A stretch of DNA of 63,838 bases, filler included, from Coriobacteriales bacterium (GCA_031263105.1; 5 parts of 5 records of this genome joined end to end with filler, not necessarily neighbours in it), one strand, 5' to 3'. Counted from the first letter of the whole stretch, positions 47,801 through 57,997 are shown. Made by a program: numbers and translations. The notes: generated by a model from the sequence alone, not told the origin.

Positions 47801-48769
47801 CTATCCGCCAAGCCCCGAAAGCCCCGATCTGCCCATAAGCAGTTTCAGCAGCCCGAACATCTCTGCGGCCTCGCGTTCTTCCAGGAGCTTCTTCGCGGTA
47901 TCCAGCCGGGAGCGCAGGGCAGCCGCAACGGTTTTCGGGTCGGCGCCGTCGGCATGGGTGAGCGGAAGGTCCACCCAGTCGCGTGCCGGGATCCCCAGTA
48001 TCTCCTGCTCAAGGGTCGCTGCCGTGAACTCGTCCATAAGCGGCTTGCACCGGGGGAGCCTGCCGAAGTTGCCGCCGCCGTCCTTCACGGGCCTTGCAAT
48101 CGCAAGCTCTGCCTTCGAGGGGTAGGGGGCCGCCCCGTCCGGCTGCCTGATGGCCCGTTCCTCACGGGTGTCGGTGCCTTTTCTGAGGTGCTGCCACCAA
48201 TAGTCCCGCCACTCGGCAGCATAGCGCGCCTGCTCGACCCAGGGCGTCATCACCCTCGCCTCCCCGCAGATCGCATTGTCAAGATACCAAGGGATTACGC
48301 AGACAAGATCCTGTGCCGCGCAGGCCGCCTGGCCCACGTGGTATCGCAGGGACGGAACCCCCTCCTTGGAAAGGACGTACCAGCCCTTCAACTCGATGCC
48401 GAGAACGGTCTCGGCCTTCGCATCGGCCGCCTCTCTGACAAGCCTGACATTGGGGAACGCCTGCGGCGCCCTGACGAAGGAGCAGTCCTCCCACTCGTTG
48501 CTGCCGTCCCAGACCGTGCGCGTGGCGTTGAGCGTCGTCACGACCTGGTCTTCGACCTGGTTCTCGATTGCCGCCCCGACCTGCGAGTTGAGGTCGAACA
48601 GCCCCGTGGTCTTTATGCCGCTTATCGTATGCGAGAACGAGAAGCAGCTCGGAAGCTCCAGCAATGCGTCCCGCACGCCGTCATAGAGGCGCACAAGCCT
48701 CTCGTCGAGGACCTTCGGGATGTCTGCCCTCAGCGGCGGCGCAGGCCTGCTCCCTACGACGCCTGGCAC
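47801..48769 (-). CDS. Putative type II restriction endonuclease-like PD-(D/E)xK protein, orphan
   Basis: PQAFPNV.L...GIELKGWY...KEG.PS.RY; GGNFGR; good SD (GGAGG) before GTG. Confidence 0.55.
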   Translation of the reverse strand: MPGVVGSRPAPPLRADIPKVLDERLVRLYDGVRDALLELPSCFSFSHTISGIKTTGLFDLNSQVGAAIENQVEDQVVTTLNATRTVWDGSNEWEDCSFVRAPQAFPNVRLVREAADAKAETVLGIELKGWYVLSKEGVPSLRYHVGQAACAAQDLVCVIPWYLDNAICGEARVMTPWVEQARYAAEWRDYWWQHLRKGTDTREERAIRQPDGAAPYPSKAELAIARPVKDGGGNFGRLPRCKPLMDEFTAATLEQEILGIPARDWVDLPLTHADGADPKTVAAALRSRLDTAKKLLEEREAAEMFGLLKLLMGRSGLSGLGG

Positions 48770-48904
48770 GGTATGGCCTCCAAAGCGATAGCTCCTCTCA
48801 CCGTCCTCCTCATGCTGCTCCCGTCATTCTACCATTGAATCCGATGCCTCCGGCCAACGAGTGTGGCAAGCAGCGGGCAGGCAAGCAGCGAAGCTGCATT
48901 ATGT

Positions 48905-49105
48905 GGTCACACCCTCCACGGACACCCCACTGTCATTCCGAGCGCAGCGAAGGTCCTTCGCTGCGCTCGGGATAAACTCCGCCGAGGAATCTTTGTGCGC
49001 GCCAGCGCCCAACCGGGCCAGTCGGGCACTGCGTGCCCGAGGATTCTCACGCTGCGCGCCCTTGCGGGCGCTCCGCTCAGAATGACAGCGAGGTGTGAAC
49101 GGTGG
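48905..49105. repeat. Family-2 element
   Basis: CCCCACTGTCATTCCGAGCGCAGCGAAG...CTCAGAATGACAGCGAGGTGTGAACGG. Confidence 0.8.
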
Positions 49106-49233
49106 CCAGTGAAGCCGGGGCGACAGCGAAGGTGCAGGCGCAATGCCGCGCCGCACGTGCTGCGCCGCACGTGGCAAGTACGCTATAATACTGCTTGCTC
49201 TGTAGGGCCCGTAATCGAAAGAAGGCAGCTGCA

Positions 49234-49761
49234 ATGACAGACAACCACGTTTCGGCAGGATGGTATGCCGACCCCTCAGGCGACACTTCGAGACTGCGCT
49301 ACTGGGACGGTGTCCAGTGGACCGAGCAGTACCAGAGTGCGGAGGGTGCGACGGGTGCCGCCTCTGCAGGTTCCCCTGCGCAGGGCGGCGGTTATGCACA
49401 ACCTGCCTACGTTGTTCCCACCGCCTATCATCAGGGCCCTGCCCAGCCTCCCCAAGGGGCGCTTGCCTCGATGGTGCTGGGCATCGTCTCCCTTGCGGTG
49501 CTTCTCGTAGGGTTCTGCGTCCCGTTCTCGGGGACGATATCCATCGGCAGCGGCATCGCCGGCATCGTGCTGGCGGTCAAGTCGAGAAAGATCGCCAGGT
49601 CCGGGCAGGCGACGGCGGGCCTGGTCATGTCCATCATCGCGCTCTCGCTCAGCGTGCTCTGGATCGCCGTCCTGATCCTTGGGATCATTGTGTTCAGCAG
49701 CCTCATGGGCTCGGTGGGGGGCCTGGGGGACTGGGACTACTGGGAGAGCCTGGTTTACTAG
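49234..49761 (+). CDS. DUF2510/DUF4190-like membrane protein
   Basis: AGWYADP.G...LRYWDG.QWT; A.ASMVLGIVS...A.AGLV.SII. Confidence 0.8.
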   Translation: MTDNHVSAGWYADPSGDTSRLRYWDGVQWTEQYQSAEGATGAASAGSPAQGGGYAQPAYVVPTAYHQGPAQPPQGALASMVLGIVSLAVLLVGFCVPFSGTISIGSGIAGIVLAVKSRKIARSGQATAGLVMSIIALSLSVLWIAVLILGIIVFSSLMGSVGGLGDWDYWESLVY

Positions 49762-49793
49762 GCCCTGGTAGGACGCAGGAATCGAGGAGCAGC

Positions 49794-50102
49794 ATGCACC
49801 TGTCCGAGAAGGACGTGCGCGACATAGCGGTCTACACGCGCATAGGGCTTTCCGACGAGGAGGTCGCCCGCATGGCGTCCGACCTCAGCAGCATCATAGA
49901 GAGCCTGGGCGTCATCACGGAATACGACCTCGAGGGCGTCGAGCCGACCTTCCATCCCATTGCCGGCCTGTCCAACGTCATGCGCGAGGACGTGGTGCGC
50001 CCGGGCCTTGCCCACGAGGCGGCGCTCGGGAACGCCCCTGCCGAGCAGGACGGCCAGTTCCTCATCCCCCCGATCCTCGGCGACGGCGGGGGCGACCGAT
50101 GA
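49794..50102 (+). CDS. gatC: Asp/Glu-tRNA amidotransferase subunit C
   Basis: VEPT.HP....NVMRED...AL.NAP....QF..P.I; upstream of gatA. Confidence 0.92.
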   Translation: MHLSEKDVRDIAVYTRIGLSDEEVARMASDLSSIIESLGVITEYDLEGVEPTFHPIAGLSNVMREDVVRPGLAHEAALGNAPAEQDGQFLIPPILGDGGGDR

Positions 50103-50118
50103 CGCAGGCGGCCTGACG

Positions 50119-51768
50119 ATGGGGTACCCTACGCTCACCATAGCGGACATCCATGCGGGGCTTGCCGCCCGCGAGTTCTCGGCATGCGAGCTTGCGAGGC
50201 AGGCGCTTGCCGCCATCGAGGCGCGCGACGGCCAGGTGCACGCCTTCCTCGAGGTCACGCCCGCGCTGGCGCTCGGGGCGGCCGCCCGCATCGACGCGGC
50301 GCTTGCTGCAGGCAACTCTCCCCAGGACGCAGGGCCCCTTGCCGGGGTGCCCATCGCCTTCAAGGACAACATGAACCAGGCGCAGACGCACACGACCTGC
50401 GCCTCGCGCATGTTGGAGGGCTACGTCGCCCCCTTCACGGCGACCTGTGTGGCAAAGGCGTTGGAGGCGGGTGCGCTGCCGCTCGGCAAGCTCAATATGG
50501 ACGAGTTCGCCTTCGGCTCCTCGACCGAGACCTCGGCCTTCGGGTGCACCCACAACCCCTGGGACCTCGAGCGCGTCCCGGGCGGCTCGTCAGGAGGCAG
50601 CGCGGCGGCGGTCGCTGCGGGCCTTGCCACCGTCACCCTCGGCAGCGACACGGGCGGCTCCATCCGCCAGCCTGCGAGCTTCTGCGGGGTCGTGGGGCTC
50701 AAGCCCACGTATGGCGTGGTCTCGCGCTACGGGGTCGTCGCCTTCGGCTCGTCGCTCGACCAGGTGGGGCCCTTCGGCAAGACGGTCGCCGATGTGGCGG
50801 CGACCTTGGACGCCATCGCGGGGCGCGACGAGCGCGACTGCACGTCACAACAGGTATCGACCCGATTCTCCGATTTCCTCGAGACGGGCGTGGCGGGGAT
50901 GAGGGTCGGTATCGTCCCCTCGTTCCTCCAAGCGGCGGGCATCGAGCCCGAGGTCGTCTCCGCAACGGAAGGCGCCATCGAGCGCCTTGAGCGCCTCGGT
51001 GCCTCGCTCGTCGAGGTCGAGCTGCCCAATGCCGCCGCAGCGCTTGCCGCCTACTACGTCATCGGCCCCTGCGAGGCCTTCTCCAACCTGAGCCGCTTCG
51101 ACAGCGTCCGTTACGGGCACCGCGAGCCGGGGGCCCGTGACCTGGGGGAGCAGTACGAGCAGAGCCGCGCCCACGGCTTCGGGCCCGAGACGGTGCGGCG
51201 CATCATGCTCGGCAGCTACCTGCTCTCAAGCGGCGTCTACCACACCTACTACTACCCCGCGCAACAGGTGCGCACGCTGATAACCCAGGACTACACCCGC
51301 GCGTTCGAGCAGGTGGACGCCCTCGTGATCCCCGTCAGCCCGCGCACGGCCTTCCGGTTCGGCGAGATCGCGGACCCCACGTCGATGTACCTCTCGGACA
51401 TCTTCACCATCCCCATCAACATAGCGGGCAACGGAGGCCTCTCGCTGCCGGTAGGGCTGGGGGAGGAAAGCGGGCTTCCTGTCGGCGTGCAGGTCGTCGG
51501 CCCGCAGTTCAAAGACGAGAACATCATCCGCGTCGCCGCCGCGCTGGAGCGCTGCTACGACATCGCCCGCCTTGCCCCGATGGCAGGGACACAGGGGACA
51601 CAGGGGGAGACACAGGGGGACGGTTCTTTTGTGCGGTCGAAAGAGAGTCGAAGCTGTTGCGGCAGCACAAAAGAACCGTCCCCCTGTGTCCCCTCTCCGT
51701 TGCTTCCGTCTCTCTGTCCCAATCCACCCCTGCGACCGAAGGGGGTGCGGTGCGATGAGGGAGCTTGA
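50119..51768 (+). CDS. gatA: Asp/Glu-tRNA amidotransferase subunit A with a REP-derived C-terminal extension
   Basis: GKLNMDEFAFGSSTE, PGGSSGGSAAAVA, GSDTGGSIRQPA, NL.RFD.VRYG. Confidence 0.95.
   Translation: MGYPTLTIADIHAGLAAREFSACELARQALAAIEARDGQVHAFLEVTPALALGAAARIDAALAAGNSPQDAGPLAGVPIAFKDNMNQAQTHTTCASRMLEGYVAPFTATCVAKALEAGALPLGKLNMDEFAFGSSTETSAFGCTHNPWDLERVPGGSSGGSAAAVAAGLATVTLGSDTGGSIRQPASFCGVVGLKPTYGVVSRYGVVAFGSSLDQVGPFGKTVADVAATLDAIAGRDERDCTSQQVSTRFSDFLETGVAGMRVGIVPSFLQAAGIEPEVVSATEGAIERLERLGASLVEVELPNAAAALAAYYVIGPCEAFSNLSRFDSVRYGHREPGARDLGEQYEQSRAHGFGPETVRRIMLGSYLLSSGVYHTYYYPAQQVRTLITQDYTRAFEQVDALVIPVSPRTAFRFGEIADPTSMYLSDIFTIPINIAGNGGLSLPVGLGEESGLPVGVQVVGPQFKDENIIRVAAALERCYDIARLAPMAGTQGTQGETQGDGSFVRSKESRSCCGSTKEPSPCVPSPLLPSLCPNPPLRPKGVRCDEGA
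51586..51692. repeat. Family-1 REPIN with stuttered left arm inside the 3' end of gatA
   Basis: GGGACACAGG repeats, GACACAGGGGGACGGTTCTTTTGTGC and its reverse complement. Confidence 0.85.
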
Positions 51769-52893
51769 GGCCGTCTTGCGCGACTGGGAGGCCGTCATCG
51801 GGCTCGAGGTGCACACGGAGCTCACCACCCTTGAGACCAAGATGTTCTGCGCCTGCCCCATCGAGTACGGCGCGCCGCCGAACACGCACGTCTGCCCCGT
51901 CTGCCTCGGCCTGCCCGGTGCGCTGCCCGCGCCCAACCGCGCGGCCATCGAGAGCATCGTGCTCGCCGGCCTGGCCTGCGGCTGCGAGGTCATGAGGCGC
52001 AGCATGTTCTACCGCAAGAACTACTTCTATCCCGACATGTCCAAGAACTTCCAGACCACGCAGGGCCCCGTCGCGTTCTGCATGAACGGCCGCATCGACC
52101 TCGAGGTCGTCGGCAACGCCGCGAAGGAGCGGCTCGACCGCACCGGCACCCTGCCCCTTGAGGAGGGCGACGGCGCGGACGGCTATCGTGTTCCCATCGG
52201 CATCACACGCATCCATATGGAGGAGGACGCCGGCAAGATGGTCCACCTCGGTGGCAGGGACGGCCGCATCGGCGGGGCGGACCGGTCGCTCGTGGATTAC
52301 AACCGCTGCGGCACCCCCCTCATCGAGCTGGTGACCGAGCCCGACCTCCGCACGCCCGAGGAGGCGCGGCTCTTCCTGCAGAGGCTCCGCCAGATATACC
52401 TCACGCTCGCCATCAGCGACTGCTCCATGGAGGAGGGCTCGCTGCGCTGCGACGGCAACGTGAGCCTGCGCCGGCGCGGCAGCACGGGCCTTGGCACCAA
52501 GACCGAGCTCAAGAACATGAACAGCTTCAAGAACCTGCACGACGGCCTCGCATTCGAGATATGCCGTCAGGCCGAGGTGCTCGAAGGCGGCGGCACGGTC
52601 CTTCAGGAGACACGTCACTGGGAGCCGGCGTCCAAGCGCACCATCACGATGCGCGTCAAGGAGACCGCCGACGACTACCGTCTCTTCCCCGAGCCGGACC
52701 TCGCCCCCTACGACCTCAGCGACGCCTTCGTCGAGGAGGTGCGCTCCCGTCTCCCCGAACTGCCGGACGCGAAGAGGCGCCGGTACCGCGCGGCCTTCGG
52801 TCTCGCCTCCGCCGACGCAGGCACCCTCGCTGCCGACGTGGCCCTCTCGGCCTTCTTCGACGCGAGCATGATGGCGTGTGTGGGGGAGGGGGC
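51755..52893 (+). CDS. gatB: Asp/Glu-tRNA amidotransferase subunit B (truncated by contig end)
   Basis: VIGLEVH.EL, RKNYFYPD, HMEEDAGK, DYNRCG.PLIE.VTEP, ELKNMNS, DYRLFPEPDL. Confidence 0.95.
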
Positions 52894-52993
52894 NNNNNNN
52901 NNNNNNNNNNNNNNNNNNNNNNNNNNNNNNNNNNNNNTTAATTAATTAANNNNNNNNNNNNNNNNNNNNNNNNNNNNNNNNNNNNNNNNNNNN
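52894..52993. other. Artificial contig-join spacer
   Basis: N run with TTAATTAATTAA. Confidence 0.98.
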
Positions 52994-53085
<92 letters not shown>

Positions 53086-53189
53086 CGACGTGTAACGACG
53101 AAGGAGCCCTCAGTGGTTCAGAGGGAGGGTGTAGTATACTGTCCTTCAGGCGGATGGCCACGTTTGTCGAGGGAGGTGTTCTCCGTAGC

Positions 53190-53672
53190 GTGGAGTTGTT
53201 TCGTGGCAGCACGGTTGAGGTTGTGAGGCCCGAGATTCTTGCGCCGGTGCGCACACTTGACTTCGGAGCGGGGTTCTACACCACCTCGTCTGTGGAGCAG
53301 GCCGAGCGCTGGGCGCGGTTGCAGAAGCGCAGACGTGGAGCGAATGGTGCGGTCATCAGCATCTATGGCTTCGATGTCGAGGCAGCCATCGGCAACTTGG
53401 CAACGCTTGAGTTCAAAGAACCCGACGGGGACTGGCTGGATTTTGTCGTGTCGCATCGTAAAGGGCTTGCTGCTGCGGACTTGTACGATCTGGTTGTTGG
53501 GCCCGTTGCCGATGACGATACCATGACAGTGATCAACGACTATATGGACGGACGCTATACCAAGGCAGAGGCCGTCACAAGGCTCTTGCCACAGCGTCTG
53601 GTCGACCAGTATGCGTTCCTCTCAGAGGCCGCCTTGTCGTTCTTGGGATACGAAGGTGCGAGGACACTATGA
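53190..53672 (+). CDS. DUF3990 family protein (putative ADP-ribosyltransferase-like toxin)
   Basis: LFRGS...LDFG.GFYTT...QA..WA, WLDFV...R, YD.V.GPVADD, QY.F. The start may be as early as 53154. Confidence 0.8.
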   Translation: MELFRGSTVEVVRPEILAPVRTLDFGAGFYTTSSVEQAERWARLQKRRRGANGAVISIYGFDVEAAIGNLATLEFKEPDGDWLDFVVSHRKGLAAADLYDLVVGPVADDDTMTVINDYMDGRYTKAEAVTRLLPQRLVDQYAFLSEAALSFLGYEGARTL

Positions 53673-53911
53673 TGCGTACCGCCGCGCGCACCATGGACTT
53701 CTTCGACCGTCAGGTCAGCGTGCTCATCAAACAGAGGCATGAGGTGGACGAGCATGAGGCGGTGAGGATGTTCTTGTCCTCAAAAACGTATCGGATGCTC
53801 ACGGACGACGAGATGAAGCTGTGGCATCTGAGTCCTTTGGCGCTGTACGATATCTGGGAGTCAGAACACCTGACCGGCAGCCCGCTCGACTCTCTCTATT
53901 TGAGGGTGTGA
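53669..53911 (+). CDS. Small DUF3791-like protein
   Basis: A...F..S.TY.ML.D...KLW..S pattern; ATGA-coupled to DUF3990. Confidence 0.65.
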   Translation: MMRTAARTMDFFDRQVSVLIKQRHEVDEHEAVRMFLSSKTYRMLTDDEMKLWHLSPLALYDIWESEHLTGSPLDSLYLRV

Positions 53912-53917
53912 GCGACG

Positions 53918-54127
53918 ATGAGCAAGGAAATGGACTTCTTCATCTACCTCATCGAACGCTATGGGGCGCGGAGGGGCATCACGGGCGCACAGGTGCTCGA
54001 ACTGCTGGATAGCAAGGGGGTGACAGGCTTCGTCTTCGACATGTACGAACTCTACCACTCCGAGCGCATCGAGAACGCCTTCGAGGACATCGACCGGCTT
54101 CTGGTCGCCCCCCTTGCCCCACAATGA
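53918..54127 (+). CDS. DUF3791 family protein
   Basis: F.IY.IE.Y...YE.YH.E.......DI pattern. Confidence 0.75.
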   Translation: MSKEMDFFIYLIERYGARRGITGAQVLELLDSKGVTGFVFDMYELYHSERIENAFEDIDRLLVAPLAPQ

Positions 54128-54273
54128 GCGTCCCCTTTCCATCCTGCGGCACCGCGCGTCCCGTGCGGGCAGTGCGCCGTGCCCCGCCTGCTCCGATGCT
54201 ATACTATGGTATCCCGCATAAGGGCGGTGGCCGTTCGTCGGGGGCATGTCGCGCCGAGGAGGAGGTTCTGGCG

Positions 54274-55848
54274 ATGAGGAAGCTGCCAGTCGGCTTGCAG
54301 TCGTTTCGCAAGATAATCGAAGATGGCTACGTCTACGCGGACAAGACCCGCGAGATTCACCGGCTTCTGCAGGACGGGAGCTATTACTTTCTGTCGCGGC
54401 CGAGGCGCTTTGGCAAGTCGCTGCTGTTGGACACGATGCGCGAGCTGTTCTTGGGCAACCGCGAGCTGTTCGAGGGGCTGTGGATCGCCGGGCCGGAGAG
54501 CGACTACGGCTTCGAGCCCTATCCTGTGGTGCGTATCGACATGACACAGATGTCCATCAAGGATGCCGAGGCGCTGGAGTCGTCCTTGACCGATTATATG
54601 CTGAAACAGGCGCAGGCCGAGAACGTAGAGATAGACAGCGGGATATCGTCAGACGTGTTCCGCGCACTCATCGAGACGCTCGCCGCCAAACACGGCAGGC
54701 GCGTCGTGGTGCTCGTCGATGAGTACGACAAGCCTATCGTCGACCACGTCGACGCACCGGAGAAGGCTCAGGCGAACCGTGAGGTGCTGGGCAACTTCTA
54801 CGGCATCCTCAAGGGCCAGGACGCCAACCTGCACTTCGTGTTCCTGACGGGGGTCTCCAAGTTCACGAAGCTCTCGCTGTTCTCCAAACTGAACAACCTG
54901 AACGACATCACCTTGCGCGCCCCGTATGCGAACATCTGCGGCATCACCGAGGCCGAGTTCGACGCGCTGTTCTCCGCAGAGTTCGATGCCGCGACGCGCG
55001 AGAGGGTGTTCGGGTGGTACGACGGCTTCTCCTGGGACGGCGAGACGCGGGTGTTCAACCCCTTCTCGCTGCTGAGCTACCTCCGCGACAGGGAGTTCAA
55101 CTCGTACTGGTACTCCACGGGCACCCCGACCTTCCTCGCCAAGGTGTTCGAGGCACGGCCGGCCGAGTACGCCGACATCCAGGGCGTCACCGTCACGGAG
55201 CGCATGCTGGACTCCCACGACATCGAGAATGCGCCTTTGGTGTCGCTGCTGTTCCAGACGGGCTTTCTGACCGTGACTGCGGCCGACCGCAAGGCGGAGC
55301 CGCCGCGCTACATCCTGGGCTTCCCCAACACCGAGGTCTCAAGCTCCCTTGCCGAGCTGTTCCTTGCGGCGGCGCCTCAGATAGCGGATCCCTACGGCAG
55401 CGCCCTCATCAACGGCCTGCAGGACGCGCTCGACGAGGGCAGGCCCGAGGGCATCGCCGCTCCGCTGGAGGGGCTGTACGCGTCCATCCCCTACGAGCTG
55501 CACATCGGGGCCGAGGCCTTCTACCACGCCCTGTTCCTTGCGGTGATGCAGTTCTTGGGCTTCAGGGTGCAGGGCGAGGTCTCCGTGGCACGGGGGCGCA
55601 TCGACGGGGTGCTGGAACGCCCGAACGGCAGGACCTACGTCATCGAGTTCAAGTACACCGCCGAGGCATCCGAGGAGGCCCTTGACGCGGCGCTGGGCGC
55701 GGCCTTCTCCCAGATAGCGGACCGCGAGTACGCAGCACGCTACGCGGGCACGGGCCGCGAGGTCTATCGCCTGGGCATCGCCGTGGCCGGGCGCGGCAAG
55801 GTGGGCATTGTGTGGGAGAAGATGCGGGAGAGGAGCGGCCCATGCTGA
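54274..55848 (+). CDS. AAA-ATPase-like domain plus C-terminal PD-(D/E)xK nuclease (DUF1703-type)
   Basis: LPVG.QSF, YADKT, LSRPRRFGKS, LVDEYDKP, FLTGVSKF, W..TG.P, GRIDG...VIEFK. Confidence 0.9.
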   Translation: MRKLPVGLQSFRKIIEDGYVYADKTREIHRLLQDGSYYFLSRPRRFGKSLLLDTMRELFLGNRELFEGLWIAGPESDYGFEPYPVVRIDMTQMSIKDAEALESSLTDYMLKQAQAENVEIDSGISSDVFRALIETLAAKHGRRVVVLVDEYDKPIVDHVDAPEKAQANREVLGNFYGILKGQDANLHFVFLTGVSKFTKLSLFSKLNNLNDITLRAPYANICGITEAEFDALFSAEFDAATRERVFGWYDGFSWDGETRVFNPFSLLSYLRDREFNSYWYSTGTPTFLAKVFEARPAEYADIQGVTVTERMLDSHDIENAPLVSLLFQTGFLTVTAADRKAEPPRYILGFPNTEVSSSLAELFLAAAPQIADPYGSALINGLQDALDEGRPEGIAAPLEGLYASIPYELHIGAEAFYHALFLAVMQFLGFRVQGEVSVARGRIDGVLERPNGRTYVIEFKYTAEASEEALDAALGAAFSQIADREYAARYAGTGREVYRLGIAVAGRGKVGIVWEKMRERSGPC

Positions 55849-55867
55849 GGGAGAGGAGCGGCTTGTG

Positions 55868-56536
55868 TTGACGCTTATGGAGGCCATCGAGGCGCGGCGT
55901 TCGATTCGCCGGTACACGGAACGTCCGCTCGACGCGGCAACGGCGGGCGAGCTCAAGGCGCTTGTCGACGAATGCAACCGGGAGGCGCCGCTCTCGCTCT
56001 CGCTGCTGCTCGACGAGCCGCAGGGCTTCTCAAGCCTCATGGGGCGCGTGAACTTCAGGGGCGTGCGCAACTACCTCGCGCTGGTCGGCGACAAGGACGC
56101 GGACCTGCAGGAGGCCTGCGGCTATTATGGGGAGAAGGTCGTGCTGCGCGCGACGCAGCTGGGGGTGGCGAGCTGCTGGTTCGGCTCGTTCTTCCTCGGC
56201 TTCAAGAAGGACGCGATCACGATAGGGCCGCAGGAGAAGCTGCTCATCGTCATCGCGCTGGGCCACGGTGCCGAGGAGGGGAGGCCCCACAAGAGCAAGC
56301 CGCTTGAGTCGCTGTACCATACGGCGGGGGTCGAGGACGCGCCCGAGTGGTTCTTGCAGGGCGTGAGGGCCGCCCGCCTTGCGCCTACGGCGCGAAACCA
56401 GCAGAAGTTCCTGTTCGTGCTCGCAGAGGGCAGGGTCACGGCGCAGGTCGTCGGCGGAGGGGCCTTCTCCCGCATGGACCTGGGCATCGTCAGGTACCAC
56501 TTCGAGATGGCGTCAGGCGTGCAGGTCTCCACCTGA
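55868..56536 (+). CDS. Nitroreductase family protein
   Basis: AI..RRSIR.Y, GY.GE..VL.A..LG..SCW, APTA.NQQ.F, DLGI..YHFE. Confidence 0.88.
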   Translation: MTLMEAIEARRSIRRYTERPLDAATAGELKALVDECNREAPLSLSLLLDEPQGFSSLMGRVNFRGVRNYLALVGDKDADLQEACGYYGEKVVLRATQLGVASCWFGSFFLGFKKDAITIGPQEKLLIVIALGHGAEEGRPHKSKPLESLYHTAGVEDAPEWFLQGVRAARLAPTARNQQKFLFVLAEGRVTAQVVGGGAFSRMDLGIVRYHFEMASGVQVST

Positions 56537-57766
56537 GTCGTTGCCGCCGGGCGCATCTTTGCCGACCGTGAGCGCGGGTCCGCCCCCGCCCGCCGCGCCC
56601 CCGCCTTCGGATCCGGTGCCGCCCGCCGCCGCGCCCCCGCCGCCCTTGGGCGCGCCGCCCGGGACGGGCACGGGCGCGGCGTCTGCGCCCTTCTCCCCAT
56701 CCCTTCTGTCTTTGTCGAGGTAGATGTTCTTCACGTCGCGCACGTCGCGCTCGTTCCTGTAGGTCTTGGTGCGCCGGATGAAGAACACGCCCAAGGCGAA
56801 GGGCAGCCAGAACACGATGCCGCGAAACACCAGCGCGGTCGCCGTTGCCGCCCCTATGCTGATGCCGTTGCTGGTGAGGAGCACGACGATGGCGACCTCG
56901 ACCACGCCGAGCCCCATGGGCGTGATCGCCACCATGGTGAACAGCACGGCGATGACGTAGCCTCCTATCAGCGCGGGCACGGCGTCGATTCCGAACGCCA
57001 TCCCCGTCAGTATGAAGCAGCCCAGCTCGAAGCTCGAGGCGAGCAGCGAGAGCACGAAGACCATGCTCGCCTTGCGGGGGGCCTTGCTGATATCGCCCGC
57101 AGCGTCCCCCATGGTGCCCGCGAGCCTGTCTGCCCACGGAGGCATCTCCTTTTTGCGGAAGCGCAGCGAGAGGCGGCAGGCCAGCCGCTCGATGGGCCGC
57201 AGGATGCGCATGAGGAGGGTGGGCGCGCGATGGCTGAGGACGAGCATCCCGCCCATGGCGGCCACGAGCACCACGACCACGGCTCCGAACAGCGCCAACA
57301 CCAAGGTGAAGTCGCCCGAGACGGCCATGATGACGAAGCCGGCCACCATGATCGCGAGGAACCCCGTCTCGATGCTCATCTGCATGAGGAGCGCTGCGGC
57401 GGTCGCCCGTCCGGCGCGCATCCCCCGACGGTGGGCGTCGTCGATGAACAGGGCGTTGCCCGAGAGGTTGAGCGAGGGCGCCACCGTGTTGAGGAAGAAG
57501 GCGCCGAACACCAGCGGGAAGCAGATGCGCGGCGTCATGAGGCCGCTTTCGACCGCCTTGAAGGACTGGGAGTAGCCGAAGCTCTGGGCGATGTACTTGC
57601 AGAACTGGCTGAGGCACGCCAGCACGAGGAACAGCGGCAGGCCGTGCCGAATGGCATCGAGCAGCTCGAAGAACGACTGCCCCCTGAGGAACACGACGCC
57701 CAAGGCGAGGGCGATGACCGTCCCTATCACGATATTTCTGATGCTGCCCTTTTTCATGACCTGCAT
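56513..57766 (-). CDS. Lysylphosphatidylglycerol synthase TM / flippase-like membrane protein
   Basis: F.N.V.P, ITP.GLG.VE, A..LV.R...FWLP; Gly/Ala-rich tail overlapping the convergent gene. Confidence 0.8.
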   Translation of the reverse strand: MQVMKKGSIRNIVIGTVIALALGVVFLRGQSFFELLDAIRHGLPLFLVLACLSQFCKYIAQSFGYSQSFKAVESGLMTPRICFPLVFGAFFLNTVAPSLNLSGNALFIDDAHRRGMRAGRATAAALLMQMSIETGFLAIMVAGFVIMAVSGDFTLVLALFGAVVVVLVAAMGGMLVLSHRAPTLLMRILRPIERLACRLSLRFRKKEMPPWADRLAGTMGDAAGDISKAPRKASMVFVLSLLASSFELGCFILTGMAFGIDAVPALIGGYVIAVLFTMVAITPMGLGVVEVAIVVLLTSNGISIGAATATALVFRGIVFWLPFALGVFFIRRTKTYRNERDVRDVKNIYLDKDRRDGEKGADAAPVPVPGGAPKGGGGAAAGGTGSEGGGAAGGGGPALTVGKDAPGGNDSGGDLHA

Positions 57767-57821
57767 GATTATACCGAAGTACCCAAGCATGCCGGCCGAG
57801 GAGTCCGTGAGGTGTCTGTCG

Positions 57822-57859
57822 GTTACTGTTCGCACCCCCACTGTCATCCCGGCCCCCCC
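57822..57859. repeat. Left end of a family-2 element, cut by contig end
   Basis: GTTACTGTTCGCACCCCCACTGTCATCCCGG. Confidence 0.75.
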
Positions 57860-57959
57860 NNNNNNNNNNNNNNNNNNNNNNNNNNNNNNNNNNNNNNNNN
57901 NNNTTAATTAATTAANNNNNNNNNNNNNNNNNNNNNNNNNNNNNNNNNNNNNNNNNNNN
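57860..57959. other. Artificial contig-join spacer
   Basis: N run with TTAATTAATTAA. Confidence 0.98.
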
Positions 57960-57997
57960 GGCGGTTGGGGGCGAACTGCGCGACAGAGGGCCTGCCC

